Made by a program: the position numbers and the translations under genes
In this document: positions 12,331-25,514 of the stretch, in pieces
Layout of the letters: the number at the start of each line of letters is the position of its first letter
How positions within the stretch are numbered: the first letter of the stretch is position 1
Notes under the pieces: model-generated
Databases searched by the model: none
What the model saw: the letters and a program-made list of their open reading frames with translations, nothing else
What the model was told of the DNA's origin: nothing
Assembly (NCBI RefSeq): GCF_963506605.1
Contig: NC_083278.1
Coordinates: forward strand, 74,834,001 to 74,898,000
Direction: 5' to 3'
DNA length: 64,000 bases
Source: Zootoca vivipara
Lineage: Eukaryota

Positions 12331-12912
12331 CTGTTTAGGAAACAAAGGCTGTATCTTTATGGAAAGACAGAAACTGTTATCCACCACAGATTCAAAACAT
12401 TTAGTTTAAAACTTCTTTGCTTTCATTTTAATACCTTTTTCAAAGCCTCCAACATTTATTTCTCTAGTGTGACATACCAACATCATGATTTAAATTTTAA
12501 ATTCAGCTGCCCCAGTGAGAGTCAGGCTTAAAAGGCTGCAAACCAATCTAAAGGCATGTAGGTATTTAGCATATCCTTATAATAAAACTTTCCAAGCTGA
12601 AATACTTCCTCGCTCATAGAAGAACGAGGGAAAAAATGAGGGGGGGGGGGAAACAAATCACTTCTGCTGGTTTGGAGCAGTATGGCATGAGGCAAGAAGC
12701 AATTAAAATGCTGGTTATTATAACTTAACTGCCCATGGTAAAATAAATTCATTTAGAAAGTTAAACTAGTATTTCATCTACACACACGTCAAAACCAACA
12801 TTGTAACTGAAGGTCTGACATTTTTTTAAAAAACAGCTACTTTGCCACTTTGAAATGCAAGATAGATATCGAGCCAAACCTATTACAGTCGTTATGAAAA
12901 ATAAAGTATTAC

Positions 12913-13104
12913 CTGATCAAGTATGGAATTAAGTTTAGTAAGCAAAATGAATCCACGACCTTGGATAAGGTATTGCCCCAGTGCGGCTATGTGTGTTTTT
13001 TCCTCTTCCTCCTCCCTGGCCTCCACCCTTTGGTCCACTGCATTGCAAAGTTGGCTGACATCTGACAAAAATTCACGTGCCAGTGAGTTACTATCACTGC
13101 TCAT
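12913..13104 (-). CDS. LYST: LYST exon 3, first coding exon (192 coding nt; exon starts at 13111)
   Basis: [23 protein letters not shown]...[10 protein letters not shown]...[16 protein letters not shown] is the LYST N-terminus. Acceptor tatag| lies 7 nt before the ATG; donor cag|gtaata. Confidence 0.97.
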
Positions 13105-13379
13105 GTCTGAGCTATATATTTAAAAGAGAGAGAAAAAGAGAAAGAAAGTTAAAGAAATAACTAGCTTGCAGGAGCTGAAACAAAACAATTACCGTACTAC
13201 TTTTTGAGGCCACATAAATCAGCCCAGTTTTACTGGATGGCTCCATACTTAATTTCCAAGAAATTACAATTAACTATTTGCTACTGCTACACTGCCTTCT
13301 TCTCTGAGATTTTCTAACAATGTGATCTGCCATTGATATGCAGTTGTCATAATGAATGCTCCCAAAATCCAAGACTCAC

Positions 13380-13468
13380 CAGAGATTAAACTTCCTGTCT
13401 CATTTATGATATTTTGTGAAGTGTTAAATACAGTAGGTCAATTCTTGGTATGCCCTCCTGCGGCAAAC
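13380..13468 (-). other. LYST: LYST non-coding exon 2 (89 nt, 5' UTR)
   Basis: Strong acceptor ttgttttgttttgcag| and donor g|gtgagt. Size and position fit the ~90-nt non-coding exon 2 of mammalian LYST (recalled). Confidence 0.8.
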
Positions 13469-14763
13469 CTGCAAAACAAAACAATGCAAAAATCCAGAAG
13501 TTAAAACAAAATGACTAAGCTCCAAATCCCACTTCAGCCATATATTTAGCTCTCCTGCTTCCATCTTTCTACCACCTGCATCTGTGTACAGAAGCGAGCA
13601 GCACCATGTGATGGCAAGAATGCTCAGAGCTAGCAGACAGAAAGTTCATCAGAAAGCAATGCAATGTTAAAAAAAGAAAAGAAAAGAAAAGAAAAGTTAA
13701 ATGTGATCTTAGACCAGTGAAGAGGAGTTCTTAACTTTCCCAGTGCAACATCTTATCCTTGTCATATTTCATCCCCTTCCATCTCTTGTTAAGATTCCAG
13801 ATGAACACTTGCAAAGTGTTAAGGTTGTAGTCATGGGTGTGCGCAGCACATTTCATTAGACTGTGCATACACCCAGATTTTTTAAATTTATTTATTTCAA
13901 TGAAAGAAGAAGGGGGAAGCAAAACAAACAAATTAGGACAATGAAGAGGGAAAGATGCAAAATGATTTTTTTTAATAAAAAAAATCACAAGAGTGGCCAA
14001 GAAGTCCAAACAGGTAACTTTTCCTACAGAGAAAAGACCCATGCCAAGCTAACCAGGGGCATGGCACTGCAAATCTGGAGGGCCAGGGGTGGGGTGACTC
14101 CTTCTCCTGACTTGCACACCACAAAAGAAGCCCCTCATTCCCACAGATCATCCTCCACCAAAGGTGGCCAGCAGGCTTCAGATGGAGACAGAGCCTTGAG
14201 ACAGAGACAGATGTGGGCAGAAGGAAAAGTCTGGAATGGATCTGGAGCTTCTGCCAGCCAAAGAGGGAGTCCCTCCTCCCTTACTGTCATCGCTGGAGCC
14301 AATCACCCTACCACCACTTCCAGAGAAAGACACAGGCAGAAGCTGATCCATTCCAGAGCCGCTCCAGCCTTTTTATTCTGCCTTTGCCTCTCTGTCTGCT
14401 TCCCTTGGTTCCCCCCTCACACCTTTAATGTCTTTTTAAGCATTAGGTTGTGCCTGGGCACCTCCCCCCCCCCCAACATGCCTATGGCTTTGGCTGAAAG
14501 CTTAACTCAGAAAATACCCAGAAAATTCATGTGATTGATAGCTAGTGGCCTGAGCCAATATATCTAAACCATAATAAAGTTTGATACCTTGGTTTATTAA
14601 AACTAGCTCGAGTAAGAATAGGCTACAGTTTGAGAAACGTCACACTCTTCCTCTCACACACAGGCAGGAAACATGCAATCCTGAGGTTAGCCACAGTTCT
14701 TTTGCAATCATCTGGACTTCAGATGATTACCTGAAACAGGCTAATGTGTTTCAAGCTCTACAT

Positions 14764-14899
14764 CAGGCATCCCAAAACTGCAGCCCTCCAGATGTTTTGG
14801 CCTACAACTCCCATGATCCCTAGCTAACAGGACCAGTGGTCGGGGAGGATGGGAATTGTAGTCCAAAACATCTGGAGGGCCGAAGTTTGGGGGTGCCTG
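14764..14899. mobile_element. hAT-family MITE, 136 bp
   Basis: TIRs caggcatcccaaaact / agtttgggggtgcctg, 8-bp TSD ctctacat at 14756-14763 and 14900-14907, internally palindromic. Confidence 0.85.
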
Positions 14900-15193
14900 C
14901 TCTACATCATAGCACCCAAAGCCAAGCACTTTTCAGATCCATCAACAATAGGCAAGTTGGGCAAATGTTTAACTGTCCCATGCTGAACTCATTAAGTCTT
15001 GGAAGTATTACTAAAACAACACGAGAGCTACTTCTCCCCAGCTCCAATACATTACTATTATGGCATGAGAAGCATGGAAACCTGTGCATGGGACCAATAA
15101 CATCAATTCTTCCTACCCGATAACCACTAATCTGGGAGAGGCAGGGAATTGAGAGGGAAGAAACAAACCAATTTGCTGCACTCTAGACCGCCA

Positions 15194-15524
15194 GGCTTGC
15201 CTCTCTAGAGCCTAGGGCTTGCCAATCAGAAGGTCGGTGGTTCGAATCCCCGCAGCGGGGTGAGCTCCCGTTGCTCGGTCCCAGCTCCTGCCAACCTAGC
15301 AGTTCGAAAGCACCTCAAAGTGCAAGTAGATAGATAGGTACTGCTACAGCGGGAAGGTAAACGGCGTTTCCGTGTGCTGCTCTGGTTCACCAGAAGTAGC
15401 TTTGTCATGCTGGCCACATGATCTGGAAACTGTACGCCGGTTCCCTCGGCCAATAACACGAGATGAGCACCACAACCCCAGAGTCGGTCACAACTGGACC
15501 TAATGGTCAGGGGTCCCTTTACCT
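15194..15524 (+). mobile_element. Sauria SINE (slightly 5'-truncated)
   Basis: B-box ggttcgaatcc, gagctcccgttgctcggtcccagctcctgccaacctagcagttcgaaagc core, gtccctttacctt tail, imperfect TSD tagaccRcca. Confidence 0.85.
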
Positions 15525-16949
15525 TAGACCACCATACATAATTGCAACAACAAAGGAAGACACCATAGCAAAACAACTATCCACCACAAATGATTTTCCT
15601 AACACCATAAAACATTAATGATTGCTTGACTCCCAAAGGAGTACAGATTTATCATTTTAATATGTTTTAACATGTTTTTTTTCTTCTGCATCTTCATAAG
15701 TTAAATGATGGAATATGTGGTTCTAAGCAAGCACACACCTCACAGATACTTGCTTACAGAAGAAGAATGCCACTCCCCCCGCCTGCCCACCACCAAAAAA
15801 CAACCCTTTCCTACATTCTGGGAAAACGAAGTACAGGGGCGTTACTGAGTATTCACCCTGATTTCTTAGCACAAAGATTACATCAAGGTTAGGTTACATA
15901 TGGACTTCACTGAGCATTGGTTCAGATTTCTTTCTGGGGTGGTTGCAAGAAAATGAACATTCATCCTAATTTGCTTGCAGGATGTTTGCACATCTTCCCA
16001 TTAGTCATTTGTTCATCCTCCGCTTTTCATTGCATGTCCCCTTAAAGCTAAGTAGCTTTCCAAACCAGAAGAAGTCCTGGCGGGTGGGTGTCTGTAGGTG
16101 TTTAAGTGGATTTCTAGTGCTAGGATGACAAGAGTGCTTGCATGACCAAACTGCTAATCTTCAAAGGGGCTCAAATATATGGTGAATTCATCTGCTGGGA
16201 AGCGTTTCCCTGTTCACTTCAGCAGAAGAACACATTTCAAGCCACACACAATGACTTTAATGCACCCAGGTCTGACTGAGAAGTATGAGATAACACCATT
16301 TACTGACTAAGAACAATGCAACATGTAGGACTGATTATACTCAGACCTAGTGCTATCACCATACAGAGGCCAAAATACAAGTTTGGGGATGGGTACAGTA
16401 TAAGAATAGATGGCAGTGGGTTGTTTAGTAAATACCTGCAGTGCATACTTCCCAATTCTAGCCTGCCAAGAAATCCTAAGACAGTGTAAACACTGTCTTT
16501 TCCACACTAATGCATTACTGTATTTTAAATGGAAGCTATAAAGGTTTATGCTTTATTTATTTAACACACGAGTGATCCTTCAGCTGGCTCTGCTTGGCTT
16601 ACTGTCATTTTAAAAAATATGATGGGATACAGAGTCTGGCTCCAACAAGGATTTCAATAGCTGGTTTATGGCCAGCATTCTTTTAAAGGGGAAAGAAGTC
16701 TATTCTAAGATCTCCAGGCTGGTGGCTCACAAGTCAAATATATAAACTGCTAATATCCAACATTACACTGTTTACACACCCAAAGTTAATCAAATGACAT
16801 TAGCCCATGGCAGCAGAAGGCCCACCTGACTTCCATTCAGTTACTTCTTACAGCAACCTCTTGGTTTTTCCCAAACTGGAACCTTCTGCAAATTTATTCA
16901 TTCATTGAACTGCATCTACCATTCCTCACAGTTTTCACTTGCCTTTCAT

Positions 16950-17066
16950 CTGAAGGCAGCCCTGTTTAGGGAAGCTTTTAATGTTTAATAGATTGTTGTA
17001 TTTTACTGTTTTGTTGGAAGCTGCCCAGAGTGGCTGGGGAAACCCAGACAGATGGGCAGGGTATAA

Positions 17067-17114
<48 letters not shown>
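16950..17114 (+). mobile_element. L2 LINE 3' terminal fragment with (TTA)n microsatellite tail
   Basis: Closely matches 21418-21560 (ccctgtttagggaag...cccagagtggctgggga) and is followed by about 15 TTA units. Confidence 0.8.
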
Positions 17115-17857
17115 TCAGTGCAGGGAGCCACATTGCCACGTAAAGGATCGTTTGGGGGAAGAGTGAGGCATAAATAACCATAAACCATAGGTTATTTTAA
17201 ACTTTAAACCATAGTTTTAAAATATACTTTAGTCTATAATTTTAACTTCTCAAGTCAAGTAACATTTGAACCAGACCGTGGGGAGAGAAAAAGAGGCCCT
17301 GCCCCTGGACCTGTGCATTAACCGACCACAAGAGCAACATAAAATTAAGTTATGCCGTATGAAGGAGGGAGGGAGGAAGAGAGACAGAAAGACAGAGGTG
17401 GCTCACAACTCAAAAATATACATGACTACTACTATCCAACACCTGAAAATAATAAAAGGAAAGTGTTTGTTTGTATTTTACACAGGTTTAAAAATACAGC
17501 AGCATTCAGCAAGTTTTTTCCATCTACTCCAACATTTCAAAGCAGAATCCATAAAGCAAGATTGCTTCCTCCCCAAAGTCCTTTGAAGGGGGAAAATATA
17601 ATAAAATGACGTTTTAGATCAAAGATCTAAATGTTTTCATGACTCTTCTTGCCCAGTAGCATCCTTTCAAATACCTTTCAGCCCACCTCTGCTCAAAGTT
17701 GTGGAATTATGCCACATGAAGACAGACAACCTATTAAGCAGTTAGATGTCTATCCAGTTAAGCTTATATAGCATATGTCAAACACATTACTTTAGGCTCC
17801 ATCAGAATATCAGCAGAGTGCCACCAATAGATTTCAAAGCAAAGATCTCCTTCAATA

Positions 17858-18112
17858 TTGTATTGGCCCGAATATAAGCCACACCTTTAAAATTCAAGGG
17901 GGGGAGGAGAAAAAAAGACAATACCCAAATATAAGCTGCTCCCTTAAAATTCCACAGACACTCACACCCGTTCTGTTTTACTGTATGTCTGTTTCAGCAG
18001 CGATATCATAAAATCTAATTTTTGTAAGGTCATGAATTTAAGCCACACTTTAACTTTTCATGGTCAAAATTTGGAGGGGAGGGGAGTGAGGCTTATATTC
18101 AGACCAATACGG
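17858..18112. mobile_element. Tc1/mariner-type MITE
   Basis: Imperfect TIRs ttgtattggcccgaatataagcc / ggcttatattcagaccaatacgg flanked by TA. Confidence 0.7.
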
Positions 18113-20529
18113 TACATGCAGCCAAATGTGTTCTGCATCAGTGAACATTTTCTAAATAAGTCTCACTGAAGTAATCTAAACATGATTAAAGGCACAGGAA
18201 GATATCAAGGCAGCTCATCTGGACACCAGCCAGTTACAGTCCATTTCTTAGCCCATTCTGGACAGGAAAAGGCTACCCTGTACTAAAAATCAATAAAAGG
18301 AAATCTACCAGCGTAAGTATTGCGACTTCCATTATTGCTCAAAACAACCCTTAACAGGGCTGTACAATTCTTACAGCCCCCATCTCCCCTGCTTCAAGGA
18401 CTCTCACACAGACAACACACTTGTTTTATTAGGATTATTATTAGTTACTTGAACCTGTTTCACAAGATCGAGACTTAGGCAGAAAAAGAACCCTTAAGCA
18501 TGCAACATATCAGTCCCCTGAGACATGTGAAAACTATATAGGATTTAACTCTATAACAATTCATAATATACCCAATCACAGTCACTTCCTCTGTACCAAG
18601 TATAACACCCCTGAGATTATCAAAGGTAACTGATACGTTCCCCATAACCACAATGAAATGAGAGACTTGAATCACATCTATAAGCTCTTGTATCTCACCA
18701 AGAGAAACTTGTAACAGTGTAAAACTTGTAATAGTACTTGTCACTTTTTCTTGCGGCCCAATTAGTGTGCAAGCAAATCCTCCAAAACGTATCAAAATAA
18801 TACAGAGAACAGTTTGGCTATGTCCTTTCAATAACCATAACAAAACACAGCAAACCAAATCATTCAATGCAAGTCAACTATAGTGGGTCCTAACTATATG
18901 GAGTAACCATGAACAATCTAAACTTGGGTTTGCCCCAATCACATTTTTACAGGGGAATTTGGAGTTCGGTTCTTAGAATAAAAGAAGTATATATAAAGTG
19001 GAAGTTGGGACTTTGCTACAGCTTTTTGCCAAGACACTTTTCTTCAGCTAGGAAAGACATCCAAGATCAGAACCCAGCTTGGACTGGCAGAGGAGAGTGA
19101 CTTTGGAAAAGAGACTGTGGGGAGCTCACCTCAACACAAGGCGAGGCTAAGCATCTAACCATGTGCCCCTTTTGCTTGGGCCACTAGTCCTTGTTATATG
19201 TGAATACAGATAACTCAGGTTTAACCAAAAAGGTTTGCAAGCTATCATGTAGTCTGAGTTTCTGTAGAACTCAGGCTTTGTATGCATGAGGTTCTACTTG
19301 AATCCCTGGAATTTTCAGTTAAAGAGCTACAGGTAGCAAGGATTGGGGGGGGGGCGGATCTAGAGAGCTGCTGCAGTTAGGGCAGCAATACTGGGCTAAA
19401 TGGACCAGTGGTCTGAGTCAGTATAGGGCAGCTCTGAGATGTTCTGAAGAGGTGGCACCTTCATTCATTGCCATGACATGTTTATTAGCACGGGATACTA
19501 TAGATCTGTATATAACTATATGCTAAAACAATGAATTCAATTTTGTATAATCCTCAGTATGCTTTTTAAAACAAAATTTAGTAACATTGGACAAGATAGA
19601 AACAGCTCTGAATGAACATCCATCAGCTTCAGAAGACAAAGCTATCATACCAACGCCATGGAAATCTCAAGTTTAGTTTTCACACTCCTAGAATTAATCT
19701 CAGTGTAGCCTTTCATTAGAAAATGATATCCTAATACAGTTGTGACAAAACTGCTATATTAGCCTCAGAGATGAACACAGCCCAATCTGCACCTCATGTT
19801 ATATTGTGGTTTAGTCCAGGGATGCGAAACCGGTGGCCCTCCAGATGGAGCTGGACATCCACCACAGCCCCTGCCAGGGTGGCCAATGCTCAGGGATGGT
19901 GGGAGTTGTAGTCCAGCAACCACAGGTTCCCCATCCCTGGTTTACTGCTTATGTTGACATCCAAATATGTGACTGAATGCCTCTTCCCATATAGACCTGG
20001 CCAGGTGTTGAGAACCGCAGAGGAAGACCTGCTGGCAAGTCCATGGGGTTCCAGTGCATGAGAGGGCATTTTCTGTGGTGGTCCCCAGATTGTGGAATGC
20101 TCTCCCCTGCAAAGTGCATCTGGCCAGCCACATATTTTGACCTCAGGTAAAAGCGCATACAGTGTATTTGCTATAAGTGATGAGGTGAGAGATTACTTCT
20201 TTCATATCCTTATGTAGCTAACCTACCTGCTACAAGAGGAAATTGGGAGTTTGCATGTACCAAACAAACTATATACAACTTTCAGTTGCACATTTGTGTT
20301 TCTTCCTTGTACGTTCAACATCAGTAGTTACTTATTTTGATACCTGACTTCTGGTACCAACAGCAAAAGTTATTTGACTTGGAACACTAGCATTCTCTTC
20401 CCCCCCCCTTTAAATATCTTCTTTTTATCATTTACTGTATGGTGGGGCTACTTCAGCATGTTTTATTTAATTGTTTGCCACATAATGAAACGTACTTCCA
20501 TTTCATAATTACTACTAGGCAAAATAGAC

Positions 20530-20725
20530 TCAAATAAAACTTTCTGACAGTAAGAGCTGTTCAACAATTTGGACAGATTCCCTCAGCAGGTTGTGGACTC
20601 TCCTTTGGAGATTTTTAAGCAGAGGTTGGCTGGCCATCTGTCATGGATGCTTTAGCTGAGATTCATGCATTGCAAGGGGTTGGACTAGATGACCCTTGGT
20701 GTCCCTTCCAAGCCTATGATTCTAT
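20530..20725 (+). mobile_element. CR1 3' end fragment
   Basis: actttctgacagtaagagctgtt...ggactagatgaccctt...cccttcca...tatgattcta. Confidence 0.75.
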
Positions 20726-21089
20726 AAATAAAATGCTACACCAAACTGCACATTGCATTTCTACGCATGCTATTTAAAGTGTATTTTGACCTTTTCTGTT
20801 AAACTGCATTCTGCAGCAACTTTAACTTCCAAGTCAGAATCTAGATTCAAAGATCTTTCAAGATTTAAATAGACTAGGATGTACTGTAATGGAAACTCCT
20901 GAGGTTAGCTTAAAAGTAGCCTTTGAGCTGGTTGTTCAAAGATCTCTACCCAAGATTCTGCAAAAACACTATGATGGGAAGAATAAACTAAAAACACGAA
21001 CTTCAGCTTTATAGGAGGGGAAATCCATTAACAGTTTATAATGCAAACATTAGGAGGCTTCTCTTTTTTCCAGCTTAGCTTGCCTGTTT

Positions 21090-21560
21090 GTGGTCCGCCA
21101 GGACCACATAACACCGATCCTGAGAGATCTACACTGGCTCCCAGTACGTTTCCGAGCACAATTCAAAGTGTTGGTACTGACCTTTAAAGCCCTAAACGGC
21201 CTCGGTCCTGTATACCTGAAGGAGCGTCTCCACCCCCACCATTCAGCCCGGACACTGAGATCCTGCACCGAGGGCCTTCTGGCGGTTCCCTCATTGCGAG
21301 AGGTGAGGTTACAGGGAACCAGACAGAGAGGGCCTTTTCGGTAGTGGCACCCGCCCTGTGGAACGCCCTCCCAGCAGATGTCAAGGCAATAAGTAACTAT
21401 TTTACTTTTAGAAGACAACTGAAGGCGGCCCTGTTTAGGGAAGTTTTTAATGTTTGATGCTGCACTGTTTTTAATATTTGGTTGGAAGCCGCCCAGAGTG
21501 GCTGGGGAAACCCAGCCAGATGGGCGGGGTATAAATAATAAATTATTATTATTATTATTA
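21090..21560 (+). mobile_element. L2 LINE 3' portion (ORF2 C-terminus, 3' UTR, (ATT)n tail)
   Basis: DHITPILRDLHWLPVRFRAQFKVLVLTFKALNGLGPVYL then frameshifted AFSVVAPALWNALP, a typical L2-clade C-terminus. Confidence 0.88.
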
Positions 21561-22286
21561 TATAATTAACAATAAAGCAGAATCCTCATCTTTCTCATCC
21601 ACCGTCACTGAGAAGCTAGTCGCCTTTGACTGGACTTAACCATCCAGGGGTCCTTTACCTTTACCTTTTACATAAGCTAGAACTATAAAGCTACATGTGC
21701 TAGAACTCATTAAGGTAAAAATTACGAATATAAGAGAACTATCATTACAGGACTTTGAGTAGTCTTAAACTTACAGCTCATATTTTGAACAATCCCATTA
21801 AAGTTATCAAAGAAAAAATTTACTGTAGAAAGCTGCTAATGTGATTTCAACACTTTATTATAGCCTGTGAGTAGGGGAATGTATACTTTTACATATGCAA
21901 AACACCTCTATGGTGCTTTTACAAATAATACATTATGATAACGTGGTTTCTAGAAGAGAACAGCAGTAGGTAATAGGTGCAGAAGAACACATTTAATTTG
22001 TATGATGGAAAAGACTGCAATTTAAAACAGCTTGTCAATAGCTTGTAAATTACTGCACAACACAGGAGAAAATTAAACAACAGGGCTTGTCAGTGTGATG
22101 CTTTATCAGTTCAAATAATCTCAAAATACTGGATGCATCTCTCATAAAACACCAGATATAATCAAGGTGATCATATGCCTTAATTATTCAAAATCCTGGT
22201 TAAAAACAAACTCAAATGTCTGAGGCAGCATGATGCAGGAGATAAAATGTTGGGCTTTGGCCTAAGAAAATAGCTTAAAATCCCTA

Positions 22287-22497
22287 TAAAAAAATCCTTC
22301 CAGTAGCACCTTATAGACCAACTAAGTTTGTCATAGGTATGAGTTTGGTGTGCATGCACACTTCTTCAGATACCACACGTGCATGCACATGAAAGCTCAT
22401 ACCTATGACAAACTTAATTGGTCTCTAAGGTGCTACTGGAAGGATTTTTTAAATTTTGTTTTGACTGCGTCAGACCAAAACGGCTACCTACCTGTAA
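22287..22497 (+). mobile_element. Penelope-like terminal fragment with inverted duplication (copy 2)
   Basis: Same family as 1760-1978. 12-bp TSD ttaaaatcccta at 22275-22286 and 22498-22509. Hammerhead cores damaged. Confidence 0.8.
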
Positions 22498-23829
22498 TTA
22501 AAATCCCTACTCAGCCTTACACAAGTCACTACCTTTCAACCTAACCTACCTCACAAAGTTATGATAAAAATAAAAGACACCCTCGTAGTTCACCCCAGAG
22601 CTCAGCATACGAGTTTTGTAAGATTAAGGCCCCATAGGTTTCCTTCAGCAAGCACCACCTTACCTTGCAGCAGACTGAATCAAACCTGGGTCTGAGGAGG
22701 CAAGTGTCATTGCAGGCAACTGACACCTGCTCCTATTGGACTGACAGTGCTGACAGACAATCCTGTAGTACTGAAGACTAGACCTCTAAGCTGAGTAGGA
22801 GGCTCCCACGGTCCTAATCCCTACCATTTTCTTTGACCTGTCTGTGGCAGAAAGCCAAAGCAAATTTACCCAGTGGGAACCACTAGGTCACACTGAACTG
22901 AGGTGGGGTGGGGTGGGAGACCAAAGTAAAAATGTAGCATGGAGGCTAAGAAAACTGACAGTGACAATAAAAAAACAACAGTTTGCGGCAGTTGTCCAAA
23001 AATAAAAGCTCAAGAAACAGCTGCATTTCTGACAAAAGGCTTCAAGTGAAGCTTGTTTACTATCATGAAATCTTCTCCCACACTTAGTAGCTGGATTCTG
23101 TTGCCTCGTTAATGAGACTCATGCACTGTTTCCCCTCTGCACGCAACTTGGGCGCTGCTACGGCTAATTACTATCAGCGCCGTCCCTCCACCTCCTGCCG
23201 CCTGATGCCGAGAGACAGGCGCGGGGGAGTTGATGCCAGCCTAGAGTATCAAGCCGCCCAGCAAGGACCCTGTATCTCAAGGCTAGTAATGTGCCAGAGA
23301 GACAGCAGCGACCACACTCAGGAGGTGGAGGGTTGGGGCGCTGGGGCGGGAGAGAAACTCCTTCTACGTAAATGCAAACACGATCGATGCGGTACGTCGT
23401 CCATGCAAAAATTCAAAAGCCCCAAAACGAAAGTTACCACTGACTGGCCAGATCAAAACCAGCCCTCAGCCGCAAAGGAAACCTATTGTCCGAAGAGATG
23501 CATTAAAATAGAAGGGAACCCATCAGATACCTGGCGGGCAGGACTTTTTTTAAGGAAGGAAAAAGAGAAGCTCTTGACTAAGATAAGCAACATTTGGCAA
23601 CCTTGCACCGCCCGCCCCCCCCCCCCCGTCCATTGCAACTGCCACACACTGGAGTATCCATGCAATGGAGGAAGGGTGCATGTGTGTGTGTGTGTGTTAT
23701 GGGGGGGGGAATTGGCATCCCCCCACCAAGTCATGGGATGTGTCTCTCCTCCCCCCCCCCCGCAGTATGCGCACCAGTGGAGAGGATGAAGGGGAAGGGT
23801 GTGGGGAGAGAGTAAAGGGCTGCCTTGAA

Positions 23830-24420
23830 ACAAAGCGATCGGAGAGCGGGAAGGGAAGGAGAAGGAAGCGTGGCTGCGGCGGAGCAGCCCCCCTTGCCCG
23901 TGCCACCAGCGACATTCGCGGGTGCCTCCCCTTCCCCTCCTCGCTGGGCCCCGCACAGCCGCCGCAGCTGCTTCGGAGCACCTGCACTTCCTTCTCGCCC
24001 CTTACCTGTTCTTGCCGCCTCGCCCAGCCCGGCCTTCCGCCAGCCCCGCTCTTAGCCCGTTGGCGGCGGCGGCGGCCGAGCACTGCTGCCCATGGCAAGA
24101 AAGCAATCCTGCCGCCTCCAGCCCTCCCTTCCTTGGTACTTCAAGTCGCCAAGGAAACCCAAGAGCCCGCCCCCTCCAGCAGCTGCAGAAGCAGCAACGC
24201 TAACCCAAAACCACCGATTAAGCCGCGCAGGCTCACTCCGCAAACCAGTCCCTGGGAATTTTTTTTTTGCATCACGTGCAACCCAAGGACCAATGGGAAC
24301 AGCAGCCCCGAACCTTGACCTGTGTGAAGGGAAACCCTTTTATTATGCAGCAGTAGCTGGAAATCTGCGTTCTGTCATCTCGCGCTGCTCCGAGCGCTAA
24401 TCTCCGGGCTCGTACTTCTG
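23830..24420 (-). promoter_or_regulatory. LYST: CpG-island promoter of LYST
   Basis: High GC and CpG density unrelated to repeats. GC box cccgcccc at 24166-24173, E-box TCACGTG at 24272-24278, CCAAT at 24290-24294. Confidence 0.75.
24006..24110 (-). other. LYST: Probable LYST non-coding exon 1 (5' boundary uncertain)
   Basis: Consensus donor aacag|gtaagg at 24006/24005 inside the CpG island, oriented as LYST. Confidence 0.65.
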
Positions 24421-24616
24421 ACTTTTGAGTTCCTCGTGTCTTGTCTTCTCTTCTTCTTACCCAATTGCACCGCCCTGACTCCCCATACAAGCCATTATGT
24501 ACCTGCATCCTTCTCGCTTAACTTCAGCACTGCTCGTCTATGTCTTTCTTCCCCTCCTGAAGTGGGATGAAGTGGACTCTAGTTCAGAAGAGCTTGTTTC
24601 ATTTATTGTTATTACT

Positions 24617-24619
<3 letters not shown>

Positions 24620-24667
<48 letters not shown>
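24620..24667. repeat. (TAT)n microsatellite
   Basis: About 16 perfect trinucleotide units. Confidence 0.95.
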
Positions 24668-25514
24668 GTGTGTTAGGCACCACAAGGCTCTTTGTTGTTT
24701 TTGCTGCACAGAATAACACGGATGTACATCTCTGGAAGTTGTTTCCTTGTTTTTGAACAGAACAACTGATTACTGTGAACAAATAGTGACTGTTCAATAT
24801 TCATTCATTCGTTCCCCTCCTTTCCTCTGCTACTTCCCGTCTTTTACATCTCTAGTCTCATTACAGTTGCATTTCCCTGGACCTGCCTGAAGTTCACCCT
24901 GAAGGTTACAAAGCCCCAGTTCCTTATTGGCAGTTCTTGTTTGCAAATGAACTGGCATCCTCTAGAATACTTTAGATTTAGAATCCAAACTTAGGACTTG
25001 TTTTGATTAGACATGGTCTAACCAGAGTCACTAATGTGTATTGCATGCACAAAGGCAGCTAGTTGGGAGTCCTTACTTAACCGGTAGTGACTGGTGATGG
25101 TGCACAGACAGAAGTGTCAGAGCTTCCCTTTGGGAAAGTTGGGAAATAAACCGGTAGCTGTTCATCCCCATAAACAATCTCATAGTGCTTTATTATTGGG
25201 CACCAGGAAGGTAGGGAATGATCAAGATTCACATGGTGATGGGTGTGGTAAAGAACAGGTCTGTACAGTGCACTTGTCATAAGAATTTATATCCCATTGT
25301 GAGTTTCCTATACTCTTAAGCAGCTAGCTGACTCATGTGGTAAACTCATCATGTGAGTTGGGGCATCACACAAAATCTTCTGCTACCCTACCAGGAGTAA
25401 GGTTCATTGACATGTGGAGAAGCTCACATGGGTCTCACATCGACCGTTACTACTGTAAACAGTGGGAAATGTGTCATAATGTGTGTGTGAATCCTGTTGT
25501 TGAACATAGCATGG

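Noticed and set aside
13863-14534. 223-aa ORF antisense to LYST intron 1
   Set aside because: No domain similarity; it overlaps a probable degraded repeat and simple sequence.
23112-24508. Several overlapping 130-225 aa ORFs on both strands
   Set aside because: Expected in a GC-rich CpG island with few stop codons; low-complexity translations with no recognisable domain.
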